From assembly GCA_963784595.1 (NCBI GenBank), contig CAWARX010000007.1, positions 410 to 64,409 on the forward strand: DNA of 64,000 nt, given 5' to 3'. The DNA comes from an uncultured Actinomycetes bacterium. Lineage in GTDB: Bacteria; Actinomycetota; Acidimicrobiia; IMCC26256; DASPTH01. How positions within the stretch are numbered: the first letter of the stretch is position 1; each line of letters opens with the position of its first letter. Below are positions 1 through 11,204 of the stretch, one piece after another. Under the pieces are notes generated by a model. The model was not told the DNA's origin. It made no database searches and was given only the letters and a program-made list of their open reading frames with translations. The translations under genes and the position numbers were made by a program.

Positions 1-528
1 TGCGCGCGCGAGTGGCTTGCCCTGACGTCGGATGGCCTCGGCGGTGCCGATGTCGACGAGCACTCGGAGCTCTCGGCTGATTTCGTCGAAGACCCCACTT
101 TCGGCGAGTTCGCTGCCGCTCTGAGCGTCTGCAGACAAGAGCATGGCCACGAGGCCCCGGTTCCGACGGAAGAGGTCGAAGAGCTCCCCGATGAACTGGC
201 GTGTCAGCGTTTCTTCGTCGAGTTTCGCGGCCGCGCCGGACGTCCATTTCGCGTTGAAGTTTTCTACGAACTCGACAAATGGGCTGACGAGTGCCTCGCG
301 GAAGAGATCGACCTTCGAGCTGAAGTAGCGATACATGAGCGCTTCGGAGACCCCGGCTCGCTCGGAGATCTCGCGGGTACTCGTACCGCTGAAGCCCTGG
401 CTCGAGAACAGATCGCGGGCGGCCTCGAGGACAAGTCGGCGGGGTTCTCCTTGCGCCCGACGCGGTGCGCTCTTGGTGTCGGCCGAACCCGCTGCAAGTT
501 TCCGGGCGGGTTGTTTGATCGTCGCCAA
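1..528 (-). CDS. TetR/AcrR family transcriptional regulator (runs off window start)
   Basis: Manual minus-strand translation from TTG at 528, preceded by a GGAGGA SD: ...RRLVLEAARDLFSSQGFSGTSTREISERAGVSEALMYRYFSSKVDLF, a TetR HTH. Divergent from the amidohydrolase. Confidence 0.85.
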   Translation of the reverse strand, partial: MATIKQPARKLAAGSADTKSAPRRAQGEPRRLVLEAARDLFSSQGFSGTSTREISERAGVSEALMYRYFSSKVDLFREALVSPFVEFVENFNAKWTSGAAAKLDEETLTRQFIGELFDLFRRNRGLVAMLLSADAQSGSELAESGVFDEISRELRVLVDIGTAEAIRRQGKPLARA

Positions 529-758
529 GGTTGGGTTCCTCCATCACCGGTACAAGTTTTGTGAGCTTAACCATGTGGCTGAGCAGCTCAGTCATGCGTT
601 CTGCGTCCGACGAGGGACCGATTGACGGCGGGATGCGCCGGGCCGTCTGGATAGTGGGTGCTCGCTTGCTTCAAAAGCGTAGCAAGCACTAGCGTCAGCG
701 TGACGAGCTTCGGCGTCGCGTCCCGGAGCCGAAGTCCCCCCGCACGTGGAGGTTCAGG

Positions 759-2042
759 GTGAAGACCGAAGAACTGATCTTGGTCAGCGTGGACGATCAC
801 GTCGTCGAACCCCCCACCGTCTTCGAAAACCAGCTTCCGCGTGACCTGCTCGAGCAGGCACCGAAGGTCGTGCGTCGGGCCGACGGCTCCGACGTGTGGG
901 TGTACGAAGGGGTCGAGGTTCCGAACATCGGTCTCAACGCCGTGGCTGGTCGGTTGCCACACGAATTCGGTCTCGATCCCACCTCGTTCGAGGAGATGCG
1001 CCCCGGTTGTTACGACATCAAAGCCCGCATCGACGACATGAACGCCGACGGTGTCCTTGGGTCCATGTGCTTCCCGTCCTTCCCGCAGTTCTGCGGACAG
1101 CTCTTCAGCCGATCGCAGGACAAGGACTACGCACTGACGCTTCTCCAGGCCTACAACAACTGGCACATCGACGAATGGTGTGGCGCGTTTCCTGGGCGCT
1201 TCATCCCACTTGGGCTCCCAGTCCTGTGGGACACCGATCTCCTCGTGGCCGAGGTTCGACGGCTGGCGGAGAAGGGATGCCACGCAATCTCCTTTTCCGA
1301 GAACCCGGCGAAGCTCGGGTACCCCAGTCTTCACAGCGACCATTGGGATCCGTTCTGGCAGATCTGTGCAGACCTCGAGACGGTCGTGTGCATGCACATC
1401 GGTTCCTCATCGTCGCTCGTGGTGACGGCCGACGACGCGCCATTCGATGTGATGGCGACGCTACAGCCTCTCAACATCGTGCAGGCAGCAGCCGACCTCG
1501 TGTGGTCGCCGGTACTGCGCAAGTTTCCGAAGCTCAAGATCGCGCTCTCGGAGGGCGGGATCGGCTGGCTTCCGTACTTCCTCGACAAGGTCGACAACGT
1601 CTACCGGAAGCAGCGAGCGTGGACGGGCCAAGACTACGGCGACCGCCTCCCGAGCGATGTCTTTCGTGAGCAGATCATCACCTGTTTCATCGACGATCGA
1701 CCGGGTATCGAACTTCGCGACCAGATCGGCATCGACAACATCACATGGGAGTGCGACTACCCGCATTCCGACAGTGAGTGGCCCTATGCACCCGAGAGCG
1801 TGATGAAAATCGTCGGTGGCGTTTCCGACGAGGAGATCGACAAGATGACACATCTGAACGCGATGAGGCATTTCCACTACGACCCGTTCTCATGCTTCTC
1901 GCGCGAAGACTGCACTGTCGGGGCGCTTCGAGCGACTGCGACGCATGTCAACACCGCGCCGCGCAGCATGGTGACGCGTGAGCTGAGCGGCGACGTGCGC
2001 GCCCAACATCAGGTCGACCTCTGGGCGCCGACGGCGAACTGA
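759..2042 (+). CDS. Amidohydrolase family protein (amidohydrolase_2 type)
   Basis: ORF of 427 aa with SVDDHVVEP, CMHIG, SEGGIGW and WECDYPHSD motifs. Confidence 0.9.
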   Translation: MKTEELILVSVDDHVVEPPTVFENQLPRDLLEQAPKVVRRADGSDVWVYEGVEVPNIGLNAVAGRLPHEFGLDPTSFEEMRPGCYDIKARIDDMNADGVLGSMCFPSFPQFCGQLFSRSQDKDYALTLLQAYNNWHIDEWCGAFPGRFIPLGLPVLWDTDLLVAEVRRLAEKGCHAISFSENPAKLGYPSLHSDHWDPFWQICADLETVVCMHIGSSSSLVVTADDAPFDVMATLQPLNIVQAAADLVWSPVLRKFPKLKIALSEGGIGWLPYFLDKVDNVYRKQRAWTGQDYGDRLPSDVFREQIITCFIDDRPGIELRDQIGIDNITWECDYPHSDSEWPYAPESVMKIVGGVSDEEIDKMTHLNAMRHFHYDPFSCFSREDCTVGALRATATHVNTAPRSMVTRELSGDVRAQHQVDLWAPTAN

Positions 2043-2334
2043 GCGGTAGCGCTCCATAGACGTCGGCCGTTAGAGAAGCGTCCTGCGCCGCGACAACTGA
2101 CGAGCGGCGCCGGCTCTCGGGGAGCGGACGGTGGCGTTGGGGTTCTGCAGGGGTTGTTCACATGTCGGGCGTAGCCCAACCCACAGGAACTGTCGTCGGC
2201 TCCGCGCCGATGAAGTACAGGTATCAGAGGGTGAGCACTCGCTAGCATCAATCCGCTGATTGTTGTAGCGTGTGCTGCTACGAACTCATCCGGCACCCGG
2301 AACCGGGTTGCCGATTCGGCATGCGGGGGGACCG

Positions 2335-3548
2335 ATGCGTCGGAGCGTTTGGCGGCAGGTCTCAGCACGGCGCTGGTCGTTGCGATCACGATCTCAGGTA
2401 TGACGAGCGCCGTGGCAAGTGGCCCGAGCGCGAAGGCGACGAAGTCGCCGATCAAGATCGGTTGGATTGGCACGACATCAGGCGTCAACGCTGACTCAGG
2501 TAGTCGTCGCGCGCGGCATCCTCGCCTGGGCCAAGTGGGTCAACGCCAACGGGGGGATCGCGGGCCACCCTGTCGACCTGATCGCCAAAGACGACGCCAA
2601 TGACCCTGCGATGGCGTTGCAGGCCGTCAAGGATCTCGTAGAGAACGAAGGGATCGTCGCGTTCGTCGGGAACGCATCGAGCAGCACGACGCAGCGTTCA
2701 AGGATTACCTCGACTCGAAGAACATCCCCGACATTGGTGGCCAGGGCTACAGCTCGGCGATGGCAGGGAACGCTCTCTACTTTCCGGTGACCGCGTGGGT
2801 ATTCACCTCGGTCTGGATGGGAACCAAAACGGTGTCGCAGGTTGGAGCGAAGACCTCGGCTTGTTCTGGTGTAGTTCGAATCCGGCGTGCTCCGCCTCGG
2901 TGCCGCTCTACAAGGGTGATGCCGAGGAAGCGGGCATGACCCTCGCCTTCGACCAGAAGATCGACGATTCCGCATCCGACTTCACGGCGAACTGCCTCGC
3001 CGCGAAGTCGGCGAACGCGGACTCGATCGTGGTTGCCGCCGGCGCGTCTCAAGCGACGAGGATCATCCAGTCGGTGCACGTCAGGGGTACAACCCGACGT
3101 ACGTCGAGACTGCAGCGGGATACACGGACGTGCTCCTCAAACTGGCTAAGGCGGGCACACTCAAAAAGATGGTTGTCGCCAGTGACACCTTCCTGTGGTT
3201 CGACAACCCGGGAACGAAGAAGTCTCAGTCGTACAAGGACTTCCAGACGGCGATGAAGAAGTACGCCAAAGGCAGCTCGGTAGGGCCGCCCGCAGCATCG
3301 AGTTGGATGTCCGGCAGATGTTCGCAGCCGTGGGCAAGGCCTTCGGTGACACGGTCACGAACGAGGATGTCCTCACCGGCCTCTACGCCCTCAACGGCGA
3401 GACACTCGACGGGCTGGCTCCCCAGCCGATTACGTACACCAAGGGCGAGCCGACCCATCTCATGTGCTTCTTCCAGGCGAAGCTCAAAGGAGCGAAGCTC
3501 GTGGCGATGAATGGCGGCAAGCCCAGCTGTCAGCCGCCCAAGTCGTAG
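2335..3548 (+). CDS. Liv/branched-chain-type ABC transporter substrate-binding protein (several frameshifts)
   Basis: Signal peptide, then PIKIGWIG, WVNANGGIAGHPVDLIAKDDANDP, spread across ORFs 2349, 2419, 2795, 3130 and 3195. Confidence 0.75.
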
Positions 3549-3635
3549 CGCAGTGCGACCTGTGGCGGGCGAGGTGGGCAGCCTCTCCCGCCACAGTCGC
3601 GCTCTCGACGACCTGCGAGAGTCGGACTTGATTCG

Positions 3636-6402
3636 TTGAACGAATTTCTCCCATTCATCGTCGCTGGACTCGCGGCGGGCTCGGTGTATGGGCTCGCGGG
3701 TGTCGGCCTGGTCGTCACCTACAAGACGACCGGAGTCCTGAATTTCGGCTACGGGGCGTTCGCGACCATCGGCGCATACGTCTACTACTGGCTGTACGTC
3801 GACCAGGGGTTGGCGTGGCCGTACACGCTCGCGTTGACGGTATTGGTTGTTGGTCCGCTCCTCGGACTTCTGTACGAGCTGCTCGCCGCGAAAGCTGATC
3901 CGCGTTTCTGTGGTGCTCCAGATCGCAGCGACGGTCGGCATCATCCTCATCGTCACGGCCGTTGCCGCTCTGTGGTACGGCCGCTCTGGCGATCTGTTCC
4001 CCTCGTACTTCCCGACAACCACGATCAAGCTCGGTGGCGTGTACGTCGGATGGGATCAGATCATCGTCGCGTTAGTGGCCCTGTCGACGACGATGGTCTT
4101 GTACCTGTTCTTCAAGCGATCTCGCGCGGGTGCAGCGATGAGGGCTGTGGTCGACAATGCAGACCTGCTGGATCTCGGCGGGATCAGCCCGGTCACCGTA
4201 CGGCGATGGGCCTGTGTGATTGGTTGTTCGTTTGCGGTCCTGAGTGGCGCGCTCATCGCACCGAGTCTGAACCTCGATGCGTTCGTGCTGACGCTGCTGG
4301 TGGTCCAATCGTTCGGGGCCGCCGCCATTGGCTACTTCTCCAACCTTCCACTCACGTATACGGGGGGGTTGATGATCGGTGTGGTCGCCGCACTGGCCAC
4401 GAAGTACTCGATCGACTACACGTGGCTGACCGGACTGCCGGCCAGTGTGCCCTTCATCGCGCTCTTCCTGGTGCTCGTGTTGATGCCACGTGCGCTGCTC
4501 GTTGACCGACGCAGCACTCGGCCAAGGCCGCGGCGAGTGCGTCGGGCCGCGGCTCCGGTTCAGATCTCGCTCGGAGTCGTGCTGCTGACGGTGCTGGTGC
4601 TCGTGCCGCAGTTCGCTGGTACCCGGCTCATCACGTACACCGACGCACTCACGTATGTGGTCTTGTTTCTCTCGTTGGGTCTACTGGTGAAGACATCCGG
4701 CCAAGTGTCCCTGTGCCACGTGACGTTCGCAGCGATCGGCGCAAGCGGGTTCAGTCACCTGACCCAGGGCAGCAGCGTTCCGTGGCTGGTTGGTGTCCTC
4801 TTCGCCGGACTGGTGTGCGTGCCGGTTGGCGCGATCGTCTCGATCCCGGCGATCCGTTTGTCGGGGACCTACCTGGCACTTGCAACGCTCGGATTTGGGA
4901 TCTTCGTCGAACGCATGCTCTTCACTACCAGCTGGATGTTCGGCACCGGAATCAACAACTCGCTGTTCATGCGACGTCCGTCATTGTCCTGGCTCGACGT
5001 GAAGGGGGATGAGGGCTACTACTACGTGGTTCTCGCGTTCGTCGTGGTGATCACGGCGATCGTCATCGCGCTGCATCACAGCCGGCTGGGGCGACTCCTC
5101 CGCGCACTGGGCGATTCACCGACCGCGTTGTCGACCCAAGGGCGCGAGTATCGACACCACCGCGTGTTGGTGTTCTGCATCTCCGCGTTCATTGCCGGTG
5201 TCTCTGGCGCGCTGTACGGCTCGATCTTCCCGGAGGTCAATGGCACGACGTATTCGTCGTTCACGTCCTTGACGCTGTTCACTCTTCTCGTGATCGCCGT
5301 CGGCGGCGAGCCGTGGTACGCGTTCGTCGCAGCATTCGCGTTGGTGCTCGTGCCCTCCTACGTCAGCGGGGACAACACTTCGTTGTATCTCCAGATCCTG
5401 TTTGGGTGCTCCGCAATATTCGTTGCGGTGTCGGCGACGTGGGTCCACGATCCCGGGCGAAGGGCCATGGAAATCGTCGCTCGCCTCGGGAGGCGTCCGA
5501 CCCGCGCCGCGACGGCTTCAGAACCCAGTGAGGAGCGCACCACAAGGGTCCTAGCGCCCACGGTCGTAGCAACCGGTCGCGAGGTCGTTCCCCATTTGGG
5601 TACGCCGGGGGTCCTCGAAGAGCCGCGTCGGGGGCTCGAGATCGCTGGGGTCTCCGTCCGCTTCGGCGGGGTCGTTGCCGTCGATGCCCTGGACCTCAAG
5701 GCTCCGACTGGCCGCATCACCGCTTTGATCGGCCCGAACGGCGCGGGCAAGACGACGACCTTCAATGCGTGTTGCGGTCTACCTCGACCAACGTCCGGTC
5801 GCGTTGTGCTTCACGGCGAGGACATCACACGCCGGAGCGCTGCAGCACGAGCGCGCGCCGGCTTAGGGCGGACGTTCCAGAGGATGGATCTGTTCGACTC
5901 GCTGACCGTACGTGAGAACGCGACCATGGGACGGGAAGCGGGGATGGCGGGTGCCCGAATCTTCGGCCAAGTCGTCGCGCTGCCGAGCCAGCTTGACGAA
6001 GTCGCGCAGGCAGCCGACGCTGCACTCACCCTGTGCGGCATCCAGCACCTTGCGCAACTGCAAGCCGGCAGCCTGTCCACAGGGCAACGGCGCCTGGTTG
6101 AGCTTGCACGCTGCCTTGCTGGGGATTTCGACATGCTCCTCCTCGACGAACCGTCGTCCGGCCTCGATCATGGCGAGTCGGAATACTTCGGCCACGTGCT
6201 GACCCGCGTCGTGGCGGAGCGCGGCGTCGGAATCCTGCTCGTCGAGCACGACATGACTTTGGTGATGGAGATCTGTGACTACATCTATGTGCTCGACTTT
6301 GGCCGCCTGATTTTCGACGGCGAACCTGCAGCGGTCGCGAGTAGCCCGATCGTTCGCGCCGCGTACCTCGGCGAAGGCGAACCCATGCTCACGGGGACCT
6401 GA
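3636..6402 (+). CDS. Fused ABC transporter LivH-LivM-LivG (permease-permease-ATPase); frameshift near 3885
   Basis: MNEFLPFIVAGLAAGSVYGL...TGVLNFG, second permease SGQVSL, Walker A GPNGAGKTT, LSTGQRR, LLLDEP. Confidence 0.88.
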
Positions 6403-6408
6403 GACGTC

Positions 6409-7107
6409 GTGCTCGAGATCGAGGCGATTGACGCTGGATACGGCGACAGTCTGGTGTTGCGAAATATCAGCCTGAGCGTGCCAGATGGCGCGGTCGTTGC
6501 ACTGCTCGGTCCAAACGGTGCGGGCAAGACGACGCTCTTGCGTGCCGCGTCGGGATTGCTGGCACCTTCGGCAGGAAGGGTCGTGCTCGCCGGTGAGGAC
6601 ATGACCCACGCTCGGGCCAACCGCGTGGCACGGCGGGGCTTGTGCCACATTCCCGAAGGGCGCGGAGTCTTCCCGACACTGAGCGTGCGGGAGAACCTCG
6701 TGCTGAATGCGCCGCGAGGCCAGCACGACGAAGCGATCGCGCTCGCCGAGGAGACCTTCCCGATCCTGCGCGAGCGGATGAAGCTCCACGCCGGGAAACT
6801 CAGCGGCGGTGAGCAGCAGATGCTGGCGCTCATGCGTGCGTACATCCGCAAACCGAGCGTCGTTCTCGTCGATGAACCGTCGATGGGGCTCGCGCCAATG
6901 ATCGTCGACCAGATCTTCGAATTCCTTCACCGCCTGGTCGTGGGAGGTTCAGCACTCCTACTCGTCGAGCAGTACGTCACCCGCGCACTCGAGATGGCCG
7001 ACCACGCTGCTGTCCTGAGCCGAGGCGAAATCGTGGTGGCCGGAACTCCCGACGAGCTGCGTGACGCCGATGTGTTCCACACCTACCTGGGTGCGACGCC
7101 CGAATAG
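6409..7107 (+). CDS. ABC transporter ATP-binding protein (LivF type)
   Basis: GPNGAGKTT, IPEGRGVF, LSGGEQQM, VDEPSMGL. Confidence 0.92.
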   Translation: MLEIEAIDAGYGDSLVLRNISLSVPDGAVVALLGPNGAGKTTLLRAASGLLAPSAGRVVLAGEDMTHARANRVARRGLCHIPEGRGVFPTLSVRENLVLNAPRGQHDEAIALAEETFPILRERMKLHAGKLSGGEQQMLALMRAYIRKPSVVLVDEPSMGLAPMIVDQIFEFLHRLVVGGSALLLVEQYVTRALEMADHAAVLSRGEIVVAGTPDELRDADVFHTYLGATPE

Positions 7108-7274
7108 TGCGCCCTTGTGCGCCGGGAGGCGATGGCGCGTCGCCTTGACAGCGACTACCCAACCTATGACCGACATTCAATGGCTTCGCGGTCACCGGGG
7201 TCTGAGAACCGGACCCCGGCCCCCGCCGCGGTGTCAACCATGAACCGGAACCACACAACTCGATGCGTTCGTCG

Positions 7275-7292
7275 TTCTACATTTCTTCTACA
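7275..7292 (+). repeat. Paired TTCTACA direct repeat; candidate integrase arm-type site
   Basis: ttctaca at 7275-7281 and 7286-7292, with the same core as the pair at 7515-7535. Confidence 0.45.
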
Positions 7293-7408
7293 CCGCGGGC
7301 TGGTATCATGTGGTATAAGTGAGTACGAATCAGGACGTCATATGGGTGAAAGCCCAGTTCAGCGGTACGATCTGGTACGGAATAGGACCGTAAGAGACGC
7401 TGACCATC

Positions 7409-7456
7409 TGGCTCATAACCCGAAGGTCGAAGGTTCAAATCCTTCCCCCGCCACCA
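7409..7456 (+). tRNA. 3' fragment of tRNA-Met(CAT), initiator type; att-site remnant, not a complete tRNA
   Basis: GGCTCATAACCCGAAGGTCGAAGGTTCAAATCCTTCCCCCGCCACCA has the CAT anticodon loop, T-arm and CCA end. No matching 5' acceptor strand or D-arm lies upstream. Confidence 0.85.
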
Positions 7457-7470
7457 TCGAAGGCGCAGGT

Positions 7471-7500
7471 CAGAAGCCCTCCGGATTCGGAGGGCTTCTG
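7471..7500 (+). terminator. Perfect 13-bp hairpin downstream of the tRNA fragment
   Basis: cagaagccctccg-gatt-cggagggcttctg. Confidence 0.7.
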
Positions 7501-7514
7501 CGCGTTGTGGTGAC

Positions 7515-7541
7515 TTCTACCGGTGTTTCTACCGGGTAGAA
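7515..7541 (+). repeat. TTCTACCGG direct repeats plus an inverted GGTAGAA; candidate integrase arm-type sites
   Basis: ttctaccgg at 7515-7523 and 7527-7535; ggtagaa at 7535-7541. Confidence 0.55.
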
Positions 7542-8080
7542 GCCGGCAGAGCGGCACACGTGTCGAGGATCCCGGCGAACGTCCGCGCGGCTTCTTCTTG
7601 CATGCCGGGGATCACGTGCTGATAGGTCGCCATCGTGAATCCGGGGGTCGCGTGACCGAGGCGCTCGCTGACGACCTTGATGGGTACGCCGTCCTTGAGC
7701 AGGAGGGTGGCGTGGGTGCGTCGGAGGTCGTGGAACCGAATCGGCGGCTGGCCGGAGCGGCGCACCAGTTATTTTGAACGTGTCGGACAGGAGGTGCGGA
7801 TGTGTTGGTTCGCCATTCGGGCGACAGAACACATGCCCCGCGGGGTTGTCGCGGTCGAAGTCGGGGTCTTCGGCTTGGCGATGGTCGCGCCAGCGGTGCA
7901 GCACGTTGACAGTTCTCGAGTCGAGGTTGATCGATCGTCGCGCCGATCGAGATTGCCGCCGCGTTTCGTGCAGCTCGTATCCGACCGAGATCAGCGATCG
8001 GGTGACCGAGAGAGATGCGTTGTCGAAGTCGACGTCACTCCAGTGGAGGCCGAGCACCTCGCCTCGGCGCATGCCCGTGG
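7529..8080 (-). pseudogene. Tyrosine integrase, C-terminal catalytic half (begins at TGMRRGE)
   Basis: TGMRRGEVLGLHW...HDLRRTHATLLL...VVSERLGH...MATYQH in ORFs 7470-8150 and 7529-7765. No N-terminal domain upstream. Confidence 0.88.
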
Positions 8081-8165
8081 TTGGGATCGAGAAGACTGCC
8101 GAACGGAAGGTCCGGCGGGAGGTGCGACGCGGACGCTCCTCGTGGCACACGTGGGCGTCGACGTG

Positions 8166-11110
8166 TCAGTTCTGGCGCTTGCCTGTCCCAGTGCCGAGGT
8201 ACGCGGCGGCGAGGCGCTCGGCGTCGGCCTCCTCGCGGGGGCCCATCCACACGACCCGTCCGAGCTCCATGAAGGCGATGATGTCGGCGACCTTCATGAC
8301 CTCGCTCGCCTTCTCCTCCACGAGCAGGATCGCGGTGCCGAGCCGCGTAGTTCGCGCAACGCGTCGATCACGACCGCCGCGGCCAGCGGAGCCAGGCCGA
8401 GGGTCGGCTCGTCGGCGACGAGCACGACCGGCGGGTCGGCGAGGGCGGGCGCGAGCGACAGCATCTGCTGCTCGCCGCCGGACAGCAGTCCGGCCACCTG
8501 CTTGCGCCGCTCCTCGAGGATCGGGAACCGCTCGTAGGTCTTCTGGCGCAAGGCGGGGTCGCGCAGGAGCACCTGGAGGTTCTCCTCCACGGTGAGCCCG
8601 GGGAAGATGCCGCGCGCTTCGGGCACGAGCAGGAGCCCCTTGCGGACGCGGCCGAACGCCGACAGCGCCGACACGTCCTCGCCCGCGATGCAGCACCCGA
8701 CCCGAGAGCGCCGGCACCATGCCCGCGGCGACGCCGCACAACGTGCTCTTGCCGGCTCCGTTCGCTCCCAGCAGCGCGACGACCTGGCCGGGCTCCACCG
8801 CGACGCTCACCCCGTGCAGCACCTCGACGTCGCCGTAGCCCGCCCTGACCCCCTCGAGCAGGATGACCGGCTCGACCCCGTGGGGTCGGTGCGGTGGCGC
8901 CGACGCGTCTCCAGCACCTCGGCTTCCGGCACCGCCGGCGCGGCCTCGCGTCGCCTCGCCTTCGTGCAGCGGCGCGCTCTCGGCCGCGGCGATGCGCGCG
9001 TCGTGCTGCTTCGCCCGACGCTTCTCGAGCCGGTCGGAGCCGACCATCGCGAGGATCCCATCGGGGTTCTTGGCCAGGTTGATCGCGGCCAGGCCGAACA
9101 GGATCGACGTGAAGTACGAGCTGGTGATGAGCGGCGGCGACGAAGTGCGGCATCCAGGAGAACGAGGCGATCTGCTTCCAATCACGGGCGCGGCGGCATA
9201 GGAGAGCCCTGCCAGCAGGGCGCCGCCCGGCCGGCGCACGCCGAACGTGACCGCCACCGCGATCCAGATCAGCCCGATCACGGGCGGGACGCTGTCCTTG
9301 GTGATCGAGAACGAGGTGAGGCCGTAGCATGGCGCCGCCGAAGCCCGCGATGCCGGCCGACAGCGCAAACAGCGCGACCTGGGCCTTCGCCGGCGAGATG
9401 CCCGACGCCTGCGCGGCGACCGACGAGCTGCGCACCGCGAGCATCGCCCGCCCCGACGCCGACCGTTGCAGGTTGTAGACGAGCAGGGTGAGGATCCCGA
9501 ACATGATCAGGAGCGCGCAGACCAGTTCCGATGACTTCGAGAAGTCGAACTTGTGGATGCCGAACGGGTCGAACGTCGGCGGCCGGAACGAGTAGCCGAA
9601 GCTCCCTGCACTGATCGTGTCGTTCTGGAACACGATGAAGTACATGACCCACGCGAGCGCGAACGTCGCGAGCGCGAGCGCGAGCGTCCCCATTCGGCGC
9701 ACGGGAAAGGCGATGAGCGCACCGAGCACGCCGGCCACCGCCGCGCCGAGCAGGCAGGCGACGAGGAAGTTCATCTGCCCGTGGTGCAGCACGAGCGGGA
9801 TGTCGAAGCTCCACTTCGACCAGGGAGGGGGACGCTGCGCGTCGGAGGTCTGCAGCGCCCAGCCGGCCATGAAGCCGCCGGCCGTGACGAACGTGGCCTG
9901 GGCCAGGCTCACCATGCCGCCGATGCCCGTGACCACCACGAACGAGAGGAACACGATCGCGAGCGCGAGGCCGGGAGCGAGGATGTTCGCCCGCACGTAC
10001 GTGGGGTTGTGCGGCCACGAGAAGGCGCCCAGCGTGTAGAGCACGAGGACCAGGGTGAGGATCGCCCAGGGCAGCTTCCGCCTCCACCCCGGAAGCCCTT
10101 CGCGATGGTCGGGCGCGGGCTTCTCGTCCGAGATCGAGCCCGCGGCACGGCCCCGCTCACGGCCGATGACGAAGAGGGCGATGAGCAGCACCAGGTATGG
10201 CACCGCGGCGTCGAGGCCCGAGAGCTGGCTCAGGAAGTTCGGGAGCAGCTGGGTCTTGTAGCCGGCGACGAGGTTCTGGAGGACGCCGAGGGCCAGGCCG
10301 GCCGCGAACGCGAGCGGGATCGAGCGCATCCCCGCGAGCGCCACCGCCGCGATCGACGCAAGCACGACGAAGAGGAACGTGCTGTCGCTCAGCTGGAAGA
10401 GCGGAGCGATGAGCACACCGCCGAGGCCGGCGAGCGTCATCGAGAGCATCCACGCGATCGCTCGAGGTGCGACTCGGGCTGATCCCGCGCATCGCGGCGA
10501 GGGACTCGCGGTCGACCTGGGCCCGCATCTCGAGGCCCACCCGCGTGCGCCGGATCACCACGTAGAGCAAGCCCGCGACGATCGCCGCGACGATGAAGAC
10601 CGCGAGCTGGTCGGAGTTCAGCACCACGCGGTCGAGCCCGAGCCAGCTCAGGCGGTACACGTGCGACGGGGTCGGGCCGACTCCCGGTGGGACGAACCCC
10701 ACGCCGCCGCCGTAGTCCCCGAGCTTCGCGAGGTTGAGGCCGAGCCAGTCGACCGCCACCGCGTCGACGAGCCACTGCACGAGATTCGGCAGGGCGATGA
10801 GCAGACCGATGGTCCCGACGATGCGGGCGTACACCGGGGCGCTGCTGAGCCGGCCGAGCACGATGCGGTTGAGCAAGTACCCGAGCAGGGGCGCGAAGAA
10901 GACGACGGTGAGGATCAGCGACGGGACGATCGGGATGTGCTGCCCGGTGTTGAGCTGGAAGTAGAAGTACGCGCAGGCGAACGCGACCGCTCCGTGGGCG
11001 AAGTTGAATACACCCGACGTCTGGTACGTGAGCACCAGCCCCGACGCCATGATCGAGTAGATCGCACCGGTCACCATGCCGGAGATGAACAGGTTCAGGA
11101 ACTTCTGCAC
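8166..11110 (-). CDS. Fused ABC transporter LivH-LivM-LivF (permease-permease-ATPase); several frameshifts
   Basis: MQKFLNLFISGMVTGAIY...SGVFNFAHGA; GGMVSLAQA; AGYGDVEVLHGV...GANGAGKST; LSGGEQQM; ADEPTLGL. Confidence 0.82.
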
Positions 11111-11204
11111 GGACTACCTCAGTGGACGAACCCGGGCGTGGCGACGCTGGACGGCCGGGCCCGAGGGACCGGCCGTCTCGATCGTCTCGGAGGAACGGTG
11201 ACGC

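Noticed and set aside
7380-7456. Complete tRNA-Met gene
   Set aside because: No 5' acceptor strand or D-arm complementary to the 3' half; the anticodon stem pairs only partly.
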